A DNA stretch of 64,000 nucleotides, taken from NCBI GenBank assembly GCA_963844035.1, contig CAWJMT010000004.1, positions 288,001 through 352,000 on the forward strand, written 5' to 3'. Positions 12,939 through 24,165 of the stretch are shown in pieces; within the stretch, counting starts at the first letter, position 1, and each line of letters opens with the position of its first letter. Origin of the DNA: an uncultured Gemmatimonadales bacterium. Its GTDB lineage: Bacteria > Gemmatimonadota > Gemmatimonadetes > Gemmatimonadales > GWC2-71-9. Position numbers and translations under genes: made by a program. The notes beneath the pieces are model-generated. The model did no database searches. It saw nothing but the letters and a program-made list of their open reading frames with translations, and was not told the origin of the DNA.

Positions 12939-13856
12939 ATGCCTGCCAGCGTCACCGTACGGGTCCCGGGGTCGACGGCCAATCTGGGCTCCGGATTCGA
13001 TTGCGTCGGGATCGCGGTCGAGCGGTCGGTCCAGGTTGTCGCGCGCCTCGAGGCATCGGACACGCTGGTTCGGACCACGCGCCGCGGCTCGCTCGAAGGG
13101 CTCAGCGTGCCTGCGGATAGAGATCTGCTGTATCTTGGCTTCGTCGGCGCCTGCCGGGCCGCCGGCCGGGAAGCGCCGAAGGGACTCGTCTTTGAGGTCA
13201 GTTCGGACATTCCCGTCGCCCGTGGACTGGGCTCGTCCGCAGCCGCCGTCGTCGCCGGTGCCGTGGCGGCGCGCGCCCTGTGCGAGCTCAATCTCGACGA
13301 TGCAGCACTCGCCGCCGCCTGCGCCGATATTGAAGGACATGCGGACAACGTCGCACCGTCGGTGTGGGGCGGCGCCATGCTCGTGCTGAAAACCGCCGGC
13401 GGAGATCTGCTCTTTGCCCCCCTCGAGGTGCACGAGTCTCTGGTGCTGATCTTCGCGATTCCCGACTTCACCTTGTCCACCGAGCGGGCGCGGTCCGTGC
13501 TTCCCGCCACGGTGCCGCACCGCACCGCCGTGACGGCGGCGGCGCGCTCCGCCGCGCTCGTCCAGGGGCTGGCGAATGCGAACCCGGGCTTGCTCGCGTT
13601 GGGGCTCGACGACGTGCTCCACGTGCCGCACCGACGCGTGCTGATGCGCGGGTACGACGACGTGACCAAAGCCGCCCGGTCCGCCGGCGCCTACGGCGCC
13701 ACACTCTCGGGGTCGGGCTCGACAATCGTGGCGCTTGGGTCCGCGGCAACCGCCGCCGCGGTCGAAACCGCCATGGCCACCGCCTGGCGCGCGCACCGCG
13801 TGAGCGCCACGACGTTTCACATGGCCCGCCCGGCCTCAGGATACAAGGTCGCCTGA
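12939..13856 (+). CDS. thrB: Homoserine kinase
   Basis: PGSTANLGSGFD, IPVARGLGSSAAA, EGHADNV, LSGSGST. Confidence 0.95.
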   Translation: MPASVTVRVPGSTANLGSGFDCVGIAVERSVQVVARLEASDTLVRTTRRGSLEGLSVPADRDLLYLGFVGACRAAGREAPKGLVFEVSSDIPVARGLGSSAAAVVAGAVAARALCELNLDDAALAAACADIEGHADNVAPSVWGGAMLVLKTAGGDLLFAPLEVHESLVLIFAIPDFTLSTERARSVLPATVPHRTAVTAAARSAALVQGLANANPGLLALGLDDVLHVPHRRVLMRGYDDVTKAARSAGAYGATLSGSGSTIVALGSAATAAAVETAMATAWRAHRVSATTFHMARPASGYKVA

Positions 13857-16371
13857 TGGTCCGACCGGCCGGCCCTCCCCAGGTTCACAAGTTCGGCGGC
13901 GCATCACTCGCCGACAGCGCCGGCATCGCGCGCGTCGTCGCCATCATCGAGGCGCAACGGCCGGCGCCGCTGGTTATCGTCGTCTCGGCGCTGGCCGGGG
14001 TCACCGATGCGCTGCTCGAGATCGCATCCAACGCAGTGCGTGGCGAGGCCGACGCGGTTCGGACGAGCGCGGCCGCTCTGCACAAGCGCCATGCGACCGT
14101 GGCCCGGGGGTTGCTCCCGGACGGGAACCGCCGGCGTGACACATTGCGTGCGATCGACGAATCGTTCGCCGAGCTGGAACAGATCGCCGCCGGCCTGGCC
14201 ATCGTGCGGGAGCTGACGCCGCGCACCAACGACTATCTCGTCGCGCGCGGGGAGCGGTTGAGCGCCCGGCTCGTGTCGGCAGCGCTCGATGAGGCCGGGT
14301 GTCCGGTGGCCCTGGTCGATGCCCTGGAGGTCATCCGTTGCGACAGCAACTTCGGCAGCGCGTCGCCCGATCTGGCGCTGACCGACCGCAGCGCGCGGCG
14401 GGTGCTCGGCCCGCTGCTCAAGCGCGGCGTCGTGGCCGTCATACCGGGGTTCATCGCCGGTACTCCAGATGGACAGCTCGCGACCCTGGGACGCGGCGGG
14501 TCGGACCTGACGGCGACCCTGCTCGGGCGCGCGCTCGGGGCGCGTGAAGTGTCGCTGTGGAAGGACGTCCCCGGGATGCTCACCGCCGATCCTCGCATGG
14601 TGCCCGACGCCCGGGTCATCCCGCAGCTTCACCTGCGGGAGGCCGCCGAGCTGGCGTACTACGGCGCGAAGGTGCTGCACCCCCGCGCCCTGATTCCGCT
14701 GGCGCGCCGGAACCTCGCGATCCGCATCCGGCCGTTCGCCGACCCTGGAGCCCGTGGGACGGAGATCTCGCGCCGGCGCACGCTGCGCTCCCACCCGGTG
14801 AAGGCCATCTCGGCGGTGAGCGGCCAGGCCCTGCTCATGGTGACCGGCAACGGCATGTTGGGCGTGCCCGGAATCGCCGCCCGGACCTTCGCCGCGGTGC
14901 ACGAAGAGGGCATTTCGGTCTCGCTCATCAGTCAGGCGTCGTCGGAGCACTCGATCTGCTTCAGCGTCCCGGAGGCGAGCGCCGAGCGGGCGCGCAAGAG
15001 TCTGGAGCGGGCGCTCCGGGAAGAGATCGCACGCCGCCAGATCGACGGCGTGGAGGTCCGCCGCAAGATCGCCACCGTCGCGGTGGTCGGGCTGGGGATG
15101 GCGGGGACACCGGGGATCGCGGCCAAGACGTTCGCCGCGCTGTCGAGCGGCAAGATCAACGTCATCGCGATCGCCCAGGGGTCCTCGGAGCTGAACCTGT
15201 CCGTCGTGGTGGACGCCGGGGAAGTCGTGCGCGCGCAGCGGCTGGTCCACACGGCATTTCAGCTCGACAAGCTCGGCGGCGGCGGAGTGGCCGGAGCGGA
15301 GCGGACCGGACGTCGTGCTGCTCGGCTTCGGGCAAATCGGGCGCATCCTCGGCGCGATGATTGCCAAGCCGCGCCGGGGCCCGCGCCAGCTCAGGGTGGT
15401 CGCCGTCATCGATCGTTCGGGATTCGTGTTCGACGCGGAGGGACTCACGCCGCGCCGGCTCGCAGGGTTGGCCGCCGCCAAGGTCAAAGGGGCCACCATC
15501 GCGAAGGCCGCCGGCGCGCGGCGCGGTACGGCGACCGAGGCGGTGGATTTTGTGGCGCGCCACGCACTCTCGAACCCGGTGCTGGTGGACGTCACCGCCG
15601 ATGACACCAGCGCCACCTTGAAGCACGCGCTCGGCGCGGGGATGCATGTCGTCCTGGCCAACAAGCGCCCACTGACCACGCACCGCAAGCTGTACGACGA
15701 GCTGCGCGCGCTTGCGGACGAGCGCGGGCGCCGGCTGCTGCACGAGACCACCGTGGGCGCCGGCCTGCCGATCATCGACACGTTCTACAAGCTCGCCGAG
15801 TCGGGCGATCGCGTCAGCAAGATCGAGGGCTGTCCCTCCGGCACGCTCGGCTTCCTGTTCGGCGAGATGGGACGGGGGCGGCCGTTCTCCGACGCGCTGC
15901 GCCGCGCGATCGCGAAGGGCTACCCCGAGCCCGACCCGCGCGAAGATCTGTCGGGCACGGACGTCGCCCGCAAAGCCCTGATCCTCGGCCGGTTGCTCGG
16001 ATTTCCGGGCGAGATGGGCGACATCGAGGTCGAGTCGCTCGTGCCGCCGAAGGGGAAACGCCTGCCGCTGAAGGAGTTCCTGGCACGGCTCGAGGAGTAC
16101 GATGCCGAGTGGCAGACAGCGCGTGCAGCAGGCCCGCGAGCGCGGCGGCGTGCTGCGCTACCGCTGCACCGTGACCCCACGGCGCATTCGCGTAGGCCTC
16201 GTGGCGGTAGCTGCCACCAGCCCGCTCGCCTCGCTCAACGGCACCGACAACCAGTTCATTTTCACGACGGAGCGCTACAAGGCGAATCCGCTGGTGATCA
16301 CCGGACCGGGCGCCGGCCCTGCCGTCACGGCGGGCGGGATTTTGAACGACGTCCTGAAGCTCGCCGGCTGA
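13856..16371 (+). CDS. thrA: Bifunctional aspartokinase/homoserine dehydrogenase (frameshifts near 15305 and 16115)
   Basis: KFGGAS, TLGRGGSD, two ACT domains, GFGQIG, ETTVGAGLP, EPDPREDLSG, GPGAGPAVTA; TGATG coupling at both ends. Confidence 0.9.
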
Positions 16372-17679
16372 TGAGCGCCCCTCCCTCAGAACTCCGGCAC
16401 GCCAGCCTGCAGATCTGCGCGGCGTGCGGAGCGCAGCTGGCCGAGACCGATCGCCGGTCGCAGTGCCCGGAGTGCGGTGGACTGCTCGAGATCCGGCACG
16501 AACCGCCCAGTGTGACCGGGGCCGCGCTGCGCGCGCTGCTCGACACCCGTTCCGGCATCCGGCGGGGCGCGTTTGCGTCCGGCGTGTGGCGCTATCGCGA
16601 CCTCGTCCTGCCGAGCGTCACCGACGAGCAAGTCGTGACGTATCCCGAAGGAAACACACCGCTGCTCGATCGCCCGACGGTATCGGCGTGGGCCGGCGCG
16701 GGGAGCTTGCTGCTCAAGCACGAGGGACTCAATCCCACCGGTTCATTCAAGGACCGCGGGATGACGGTCGGCGTGACGCACGCGAGGCGCCTCGGCGTCA
16801 CCGCGGTCGCCTGCGCCTCGACGGGGAACACCGGCGCGTCGCTCGCCGCGTACGCCGCGCTCGCGGGGATCACGGCTCTCACGATCGTGCCGAAGGGCAA
16901 GGTCGCCCGCGGCAAGCTCACGCAGCTCTTGGCGTATGGCGCGCGCACGCTGGTGGTGCGGGGCGATTTCGATACCTGCCTGGAGCTGGCCTGGGAGGCG
17001 AACAAGGAGCTGGGAGTCTATCTCCTCAACTCGGTGAATCCATTTCGCCTCGAGGGGCAGAAGACCATCGTCCTGGAGCTGCTCCAGCAACTTGGGTGGG
17101 ACCCGCCCGACTGGATCCTCGTACCGGCGGGCAACCTCGGCAACACCGCCGCGTTCGGGAAGGCGCTGCGGGAAGCGCATGGCCTGGGGCTGATCGCGCG
17201 GATGCCGCGCATCGCGGCCGTGCAGGCCGCCGGCGCGGCGCCGTTCGCGCGCAGCTTTGAGGAGGGGTTCGCCCGGCAGGCACCGCGTGGAAGCGCACAC
17301 CGTCGCCACGGCCATCAGCATCGGCAACCCGGCGTCGTACGACCGGGCGGTCACGGCCATCCGCGAGACCAACGGCGTGGTCACCGCCGTGGGCGACGAC
17401 GAAATCCTGGAGGCGAAGGCGGTGGTGGATGCATCGGGGGCGGGCTGCGAGCCCGCGAGCGCGGCGAGCGTCGCCGGCGCGCGGCAGCTGATTCGCAAAG
17501 GGGTGATCCGGCCCTCCGACCGGCTGGTCGCGGTCCTCACCGGGCACATCCTCAAGGACCCCGACGCGGTCACCCGCTACCACGAGGAGACCACGCCACC
17601 GCTGCCGTACGCGAATCACACGATCGAAATCGATCCCAAGCTTTCGGAAATCGAACGCGTGCTGGCGCGCGGGCGCTGA
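16371..17679 (+). CDS. thrC: Threonine synthase (frameshift near 17275)
   Basis: N-terminal zinc ribbon, EGNTPL, NPTGSFKDRG, ASTGNTGAS, NSVNPFRLEGQKT, CEPASAAS, LTGHILKD. Confidence 0.93.
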
Positions 17680-17688
17680 CGGCCGCCG

Positions 17689-18543
17689 TCAGCGCTCGAG
17701 AATCAACTCCTTGGCGCGCTGGCTCGCTTTCGCCACGGCCTTGATCAACGTCACCCGCAGCTTCCCCTCTTCCAGCTCCATGATCCCGTCGATGGTGCAG
17801 CCGGCCGGTGTGGTGACGGCGTCCCGCAGCAACGCGGGGTGATCACCGGTTTCGAGCGCCACGGTCGCGGCGCCGAGCAGCGTCTGCGCGGCAAGCAGCA
17901 TGGCGGTGTCGCGCGCGAGCCCGGCTTTGACCCCGCCTTCCGCCAGGGACTCGAGAATGATGTACACGAACGCGGGCCCGCTTGCCGACAGACCTGTCAC
18001 GGCATCCATGTCCTTCTCTTCCACGAGGACGGTCCTGCCCACGGTGTCGAAGAACAGCTGGGCCGTCTCGAGGTGGTTCTGCGTGGCGTATTTCCCTTTG
18101 CACAGCCCCGTCATCCCGGCGCCGACCACGCAGGGCGTGTTGGGCATCGCCCGCACCACGGGGATCGGCGCCTTGAGGATCTCTTCCATGTACGCGGTCG
18201 GCACGGAGGCGGCCACCGAGACGATCAGCTTCTCGGGCGTCACCTCGGGCCGGATCTCCTCGAGCACCGCGCGGACCGCCTGCGGCTTGACGCACAGCAG
18301 GATCACGTCCGCCTGGGCCGCCGCCGCGCGGTTGTCGGTACCGACCGGGATCGCCAGCTGAGTGCTGAGCGCGCGCACGCGCTCCGGACGCCGCACGGTG
18401 GGGAACGCGCGCTCCGGAGAGAGGCCGGCTTTCAGCAGCCCCTGAAGGAGAATGCCGCCGATCTTCCCGGTGCCGAGCACGGCGATGCGGCGCTCGAGCA
18501 GTCGTTGTGGTGCGGCGGATGGCTTGGGCGATGGCTTGGGCAT
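17689..18543 (-). CDS. proC: Pyrroline-5-carboxylate reductase
   Basis: GTGKIG, CVKPQ, RAMPNTP, TGLSASGPAF, VTTPAGCT. Confidence 0.95.
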   Translation of the reverse strand: MPKPSPKPSAAPQRLLERRIAVLGTGKIGGILLQGLLKAGLSPERAFPTVRRPERVRALSTQLAIPVGTDNRAAAAQADVILLCVKPQAVRAVLEEIRPEVTPEKLIVSVAASVPTAYMEEILKAPIPVVRAMPNTPCVVGAGMTGLCKGKYATQNHLETAQLFFDTVGRTVLVEEKDMDAVTGLSASGPAFVYIILESLAEGGVKAGLARDTAMLLAAQTLLGAATVALETGDHPALLRDAVTTPAGCTIDGIMELEEGKLRVTLIKAVAKASQRAKELILER

Positions 18544-18597
18544 AGCGGGCCTTTCGAGTAGCCTGTAATGTCACCGGCCACTGGTGAGGAGGGAAGT

Positions 18598-19230
18598 GTG
18601 AGCATCGCACGACCGGGGAAGATCGTCTGCGTCGGCCGAAACTACGTCGAGCATGCGGCGGAGCTCGGGAACACCGTGCCCAAGCAACCGCTGCTGTTTT
18701 TCAAGCCGCCGTCCGCCGTCATCGGGAACGGCGACGCCATCGTCCTTCCTCCCGAATCGGTGCAGGTCGAGTACGAGGGGGAAATCGGCCTGGTGATCGG
18801 CCGCCCCCTGCGCCGGGCCACGGAAGCCCAGGCCCGGGCTGCCATCGCCGGGATCACCTGCGTGAACGACGTCACCGCCCGCGACCTGCAGCGCAGCGAC
18901 GAGCAGTGGACGCGCGCCAAGGGGTTCGACACGTTCTGCCCGATCGGCCCGCGGGTCGTGCCGGTGAACACCGCGCAGCTCACGCAGCTAGAAGTGCGGT
19001 GCCTGGTGAACGGGGTCGAGCGCCAGCATGGACGGGCACGGGACATGGTGTTCGGGTTTCTGGCCCTTGTAGCCTACATCTCCCAGGTCATGACTCTCGA
19101 ACCGGGAGATTTGATCGCGACCGGGACGCCGTCAGGGGTCGGTCCGCTGCACGCCGGGGACGTTGTGGAGGTGGAAATTCCCGGCGTTGGTGTGCTCCGC
19201 AATCCGGTGGTGGCGGCCAAAGGCGCGTGA
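18598..19230 (+). CDS. Fumarylacetoacetate hydrolase family protein
   Basis: CVGRNYVEH, FFKP, YEGE, NDVTARD, KGFDTFCPIGP, TLEPGDLIATGTP. Confidence 0.92.
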   Translation: MSIARPGKIVCVGRNYVEHAAELGNTVPKQPLLFFKPPSAVIGNGDAIVLPPESVQVEYEGEIGLVIGRPLRRATEAQARAAIAGITCVNDVTARDLQRSDEQWTRAKGFDTFCPIGPRVVPVNTAQLTQLEVRCLVNGVERQHGRARDMVFGFLALVAYISQVMTLEPGDLIATGTPSGVGPLHAGDVVEVEIPGVGVLRNPVVAAKGA

Positions 19231-19318
19231 CCCCTCCCTAAAGGCCAATCGCGATCGCGGTGCGCGAGGCGACAATTCGAGGTACGTTTTTTCGACCATC
19301 CTGGGAAGAGAGGGGCAT

Positions 19319-19774
19319 ATGCACGTCGTGATCCAACGGTACCGGGTTCGACTGGGGGTAGTCGCGGATGCGGCGCGCTACGCTGACAAGTGGTTCGTGC
19401 CGCTACTCCGGGAGATCCCCGGGTTTGGGGCCTGCTTCCTCATGGACGCCGGGAGCGGCGTCCTAGGATCAATCGGCGTGTTCGAGACTCCGGAAGGAGC
19501 CGAGGCTGCGTCCCGGCTGGCTCATGAATGGTTCAGCAAGGAATGGGGGTCGTTCCGCCCCCTCCCGCCCGAGGTGATCACCGGGGAAGTGCTGGCCCCC
19601 GTGGCTGCCACCGGCCAGGGACGGCGGTGGATCGCTGACCGGCGTCACACCACGTTGCGCCTCGGCGCCGGGGCACCCAACGTTGTCGAGCGTCGCGTCG
19701 GTGGCGATCGGCGGCAGGGCTTCGATCGCCGCGCGGACCTCGTACGTCTGTTCGAACATCAAGCGGTAGGGTAG
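19319..19774 (+). CDS. Hypothetical protein, ABM-like dimeric alpha/beta barrel with Arg/Asp-rich tail
   Basis: RBS AGGGG; FVPLLREIPGF...SIGVFET...PEVITGEV pattern; tail with DRR/ERR repeats. Confidence 0.6.
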   Translation: MHVVIQRYRVRLGVVADAARYADKWFVPLLREIPGFGACFLMDAGSGVLGSIGVFETPEGAEAASRLAHEWFSKEWGSFRPLPPEVITGEVLAPVAATGQGRRWIADRRHTTLRLGAGAPNVVERRVGGDRRQGFDRRADLVRLFEHQAVG

Positions 19775-19818
19775 AGCGCTCCAAGAGGCAGTCTGACAGG
19801 CAGTGTGTTCGGGGGCCC

Positions 19819-20316
19819 TCAGGTTCCGGTCGCGCCCCCGATCACGGCACGCATCGAATCCACCACGGCGTGCACACTCCCAATGTGCCGCCACAGCAGG
19901 CGTCCGTCCTGCCCGACCACGAACGTCTCCGGTACGCCGATCAACTGAAACGCGTCTTCGACGCGCGCTTCCGGATCGTGCGCGACCGTGAACGTGAGCT
20001 TCTCCTCGTCGGCAAACCGCTGCACCCGCGAGCGGTCACCCGCATCCACACTCACAGCCACCACCTGGACGCCGCGCGACGCGAACTCCTTCTGAAGAGC
20101 GTTGAGGTCGGCCATCTCCTCGCGACAGGACGTACACCAGGTCGCCCACACGCTCAGCACCGTCACCCGGCCGGGGCCGCCCAGCCGCACGGTGTCACCC
20201 GCCAGGGTCGCGACGGCATACGCGCGAATCGGCTGGCCGACGGCCAGCGGACGGAATTCCCCACCACCGCCGCATGCCGTGGCGGCCAAAACCAACAGCG
20301 CGGTCCTCCGCGTCAC
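19819..20316 (-). CDS. TlpA/ResA-like thiol-disulfide oxidoreductase lipoprotein
   Basis: WATWCTSCREE, GVPETFVV, lipobox-like ATAC. Confidence 0.9.
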   Translation of the reverse strand: MTRRTALLVLAATACGGGGEFRPLAVGQPIRAYAVATLAGDTVRLGGPGRVTVLSVWATWCTSCREEMADLNALQKEFASRGVQVVAVSVDAGDRSRVQRFADEEKLTFTVAHDPEARVEDAFQLIGVPETFVVGQDGRLLWRHIGSVHAVVDSMRAVIGGATGT

Positions 20317-21593
20317 AGAATGCGCCCGCGGCGCACTACCACTTGGGCAGTGCCGACCGCCTTGAGACCCATGGGCATGCCTTTGGGCATCGTGGCTTTC
20401 ATCTCGTGCTTAGGCTTCGCGGTCGAGGCGCTCTGCTCCGACCACGCGAGCGTGATCGTGGAATCGGTCAGGGCCAGGACCGGGAACTGCGCGGCCCGGC
20501 CGGGCCCGCTCGCCGGCTCGCTCGGTCCGAAGGTCGTGCCGCCGTCGCGCGAGATGCGCACGACGACCCGCGGCACCTCCCTCGTGCCATCGTCCCAGGC
20601 CACCACAACTTCTCCGCGCGATCCGAGAGCCATTTGCACGTGGGCCGGCTGCGAGTACTTGGCGACGCCGAGCGCAACCGGCGGCGTGAAGGTGCTCCCG
20701 CCATCCGGCGAGCGAGCATAATAGACACCGGCGGCCCCCTCCTTACCGACCCACCAGGCAACGTGGAGCTGGTTCGAACGATCGATTTGGATGGACGGGC
20801 CGGCGTGCGGGCATCCGGGATACACCCAGTCATCGGCGTGGACCCGAGTGGGCGCCGTCCACGTCACCCCGCCGTCGCTCGAGCGCGCCACGACGATATC
20901 GCGCACGTCACCCGGGAGAACGGCGCGCCATGCGACAAACAGCGCCCCCTCCGGCGTGGTCGCGATCGCGGTGCGGCAGCAGGGACACGCCTCGCCTGTC
21001 CCGACCCGCCGGTTCGGCTCCCAGGTCTTGCCGCCGTCCCTCGAGCGGGTCAGAAACGGCGCGGCTTTGCCCTCGCGATCGTCCAGCCAGGAGATGTAGA
21101 GCGAGCCATCCGCCGCCGCATGCAGCGCGTGGAAGTTGTGCCTCCTGCCGAACGCTTCATCATCCGTGACGGTCACGGGCCTGCTCCACGTGCTCCCCCC
21201 ATCGATGGAGCGGACGTAGCGGAGGGCGGCGACGCCGTAGCGCTTCCCGGCGGCCAACCTGGGGACAGCGTAGATCGCGTTGAGCGCGCCGTCCGGGCCG
21301 TACGCCAGTTTGGGCGGCGACTCGCCGTGCGGCTCGACGGGACCCAGCGGATCGCGCAGCTCCACCGGGTCGGCCCCACCGACGGAGACGTACAGCCGAC
21401 CGTCGGTCCCGCTATCCGGGGCGGATACCCACGCTAAGGCCTGAGTCCCCGTGGCCGACACCGCAAACATCGGAGCGGTGCCGACCGGGGTAGCCGTGCC
21501 GACCTGCCCTTCCGCCGTGAAATGGACGGCGGGTCCACGGTTGCACCCGCCGACCACGACGATCACTGCGAGCACTGTCGCTCTGCGGCTCAT
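20313..21593 (-). CDS. BNR/Asp-box (sialidase-like) beta-propeller lipoprotein with CPCC and CPH motifs
   Basis: Repeated SxDGGxTW/F Asp-boxes; ACPCCRT, GCPHAGP; VGGC lipobox-like. Confidence 0.82.
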   Translation of the reverse strand: MSRRATVLAVIVVVGGCNRGPAVHFTAEGQVGTATPVGTAPMFAVSATGTQALAWVSAPDSGTDGRLYVSVGGADPVELRDPLGPVEPHGESPPKLAYGPDGALNAIYAVPRLAAGKRYGVAALRYVRSIDGGSTWSRPVTVTDDEAFGRRHNFHALHAAADGSLYISWLDDREGKAAPFLTRSRDGGKTWEPNRRVGTGEACPCCRTAIATTPEGALFVAWRAVLPGDVRDIVVARSSDGGVTWTAPTRVHADDWVYPGCPHAGPSIQIDRSNQLHVAWWVGKEGAAGVYYARSPDGGSTFTPPVALGVAKYSQPAHVQMALGSRGEVVVAWDDGTREVPRVVVRISRDGGTTFGPSEPASGPGRAAQFPVLALTDSTITLAWSEQSASTAKPKHEMKATMPKGMPMGLKAVGTAQVVVRRGRIL

Positions 21594-21606
21594 GCGTCCC
21601 CGCTTC

Positions 21607-24049
21607 CTAGAATTGCCACCGGAGACCTGCCGTAAATGCACGCCCCATTCCCAGCGTCTGGGACGCGGCGTTGGTCGTCGCATTGTCCGAATATTGGACG
21701 TCGGTCAGGTTCACGCCCGCGGCATACACATTGAGCTGCCTGCCGAGCTGATACGATGTACTGAAATTGATCAACGTGAAGGCCGGCTGTGGAATGGTGT
21801 GGTTCACGTCGAGATACATCGAGCCGGAGTGGCGCAGTCCGGCGTAGGTGCTCCACCGCGACGTGACGTTCCAGGTCACGCCGGCCGTGACAAGGTCCTG
21901 CGGTATGGCGCCGAGCTGCGCGTCGATCGGGATCGCCCGTGGTGGTGGCCGTGTAGTGACTGTCGGTGTAGGTGTAGGCCCCGTCGACGGTCAGGAACCG
22001 CGTCAGGTGGAAGGCGCCGACCAGCTCGACTCCGACAGCCTTCGCGTCCTGCCCGTTGGTGTTGAAATTCACGGTGGCCGGGCAGTTCGAGAGTGTCGGG
22101 CCGCAGATCGCGATCACCGCGGGCGGTGCCGCCGCCGCATTCGGTACCCGGTATGACGTGATCAGCGCCTTCGTGTTGCCCTGAAACACCGTGGCGCCGA
22201 AGCCGGACGGCCCGCGTTGTGAAATCCACTCCAAATTCGCCACCGGTCAGGGTCGAGGGCGACAGCTCCGGATTGGCGATGGTGATGGAGGTCGCCGACG
22301 AGAACGACCGGTACAGGTTATTGAGACCCGGCGCGCGGAACGACTTGTACACCGCGCCCCGCGCCGAGAAATGCTGGTTGAAGTCGTAGCGCACCGACAG
22401 GTTGGGATCGAACGTCCCCAGGTGTGAGTCGGCAACCGGTCCCCCGGTGGTCGGGTCGGGCGCGCCGTTCGAGTACCTGGTCATCTCGGCGACTCCATGC
22501 TGGTTCACCCAATAGTCGTACCGGACGCTCATGGTGACTGACGAGCGGTCTGACCGGAACGACCCTGACCTGGCTGAACACCCCGACGAACTGCTGTTGC
22601 CCCTTGCCGAAGTTGATGCGGTTGATCGTTGTCGACGAGCCATCGGTGGTGGTTGGCCTGATTGTAGGTCCAGGCCGAGTCCTGGCCGCCGACCATCCGG
22701 TAGTCGACGCCCCCCTGAACGCTCGCCAGAAAGCCCTTGAAATCCGCGGACGAGATGATCGCCGAGCCTCCCAGCTCGTGGTACGGGCTCTCGTCGTGCG
22801 AGTTCGCGTATTGGACCAGCGGCGCCGTGACCGACGTCGTGTTGCAGTTGGTCGCGGATTCGAGGTAACACGCTGCTCCGTTGCTCTTGTCGAAGTTCAG
22901 GTACTGCGTCCACAGCCTGAGGTCCACGCGGGAACCCCCGCCGAAGACCTTACTCAGCCCGGCTGCCGCATCCGGGCTCTTCTGCAAGTTTGTCCCGTAC
23001 TCATACCCACCGATGAGCTCGTTCTGCTGATGGTACCCCGCGCGCAGGAAGGCGTTGACGTCCGGGGTTGGCGCGTAGTACGCCGCGACCTGCACGTTCC
23101 CGTTGGTGGCCGACGACGCCGACTTGCCGGGCACCGTGTTGAGATACGCTGAAGGAGTCGTCTGGTAGCCGTCGGTGCTGAGCACGTCACCGGAGACCCG
23201 AAGCGACAAACTCTTGCTCGCCACGAAGTTCTTCGACAGCGCCGGGGTGGTCGTGCTCAGCGAGCCGTAGTTCACGTTGACCTCGCCGCCGTTGTCAATC
23301 GGTTTCTTGGTGATGATGTTGATGACGCCTCCCATGGCGAGGTTGCCCCAGAGGCTCGAATTGCCACCGCGAACCACTTCGACACGCTCGATCGCCGAGA
23401 GCGGCACCTTGAACCACTGCGTCGTGCCAAAGAAGGGATCGTGGACGGGAATCCCGTCCACGAGAACGAGCACCGAGCTATTGCTGGTCAGCCCGCGCAG
23501 CTTCGTCTGGTGGCCGGTGGGATCGGTCGTGTAGAACGGCGCCCCGGACATGTTCATGCCCGACACCCCGCGCAGCAGCTGGTCGAGCGTCTGTGCCGGG
23601 GACTTTTGCAGATCCTCATGGTCGATTACGGTCGCGTGCAACGGCATGCGCTCGAGCGTCGTCGTGGTGCGTGTGGCCGACACGACGACCGTCCCCAGCT
23701 GCACCGCCCCCAACGCAAAGTCGGCCCGGACGCTCCCGCCGGCTGGGACGGTCACGGTGAGCCGCACCGGCTCACGGCCGACATAGCGAGCGACGACGAC
23801 CGCCGGGCCCGCCGGCACCTCGGTGATCCGGAAGGCGCCGTGCGCATCGGTCACCGCGGAGCGGCTGGTCCCTTCAACCAGCACCCTCACCCCGGCCAGC
23901 GGCTCACCGGTACCGTCGATGACCTTCCCCTCGACCGAGCCGACGGTCTGCGTGGGCACGGTCACGCTGTCCTGGGCGCGCGCGTTGCCGGCCAGCATCG
24001 CGCATGCCAAGAGCGCGAGTGACACATGATCCTCGACCCACTGCCGCAT
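21607..24049 (-). CDS. TonB-dependent receptor with N-terminal carboxypeptidase-regulatory-like domain (several frameshifts 21900-22650)
   Basis: Signal peptide, VVVSATR, LVLVDGIP, IERVEVVRG, GGVINIIT, SFRAP, NPEL, C-terminal GLRWQF. Confidence 0.88.
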
Positions 24050-24165
24050 GCAAGCATCCCCCACCGAGAGTGTTGGTGACTGATGGATCGTGAATTGCCG
24101 GGTGACAGCCGCGACGAGGCGGCGGTCGAGAATCCCCGACTACTCAGGAACGACTGTTGGGAGGG

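Noticed and set aside
15315..17744. Apparent homoserine dehydrogenase-threonine synthase fusion (809 aa)
   Set aside because: The HSDH C-terminus lies in ORF 16102-16371 with TGATG coupling to thrC; artefact of an indel near 16115.
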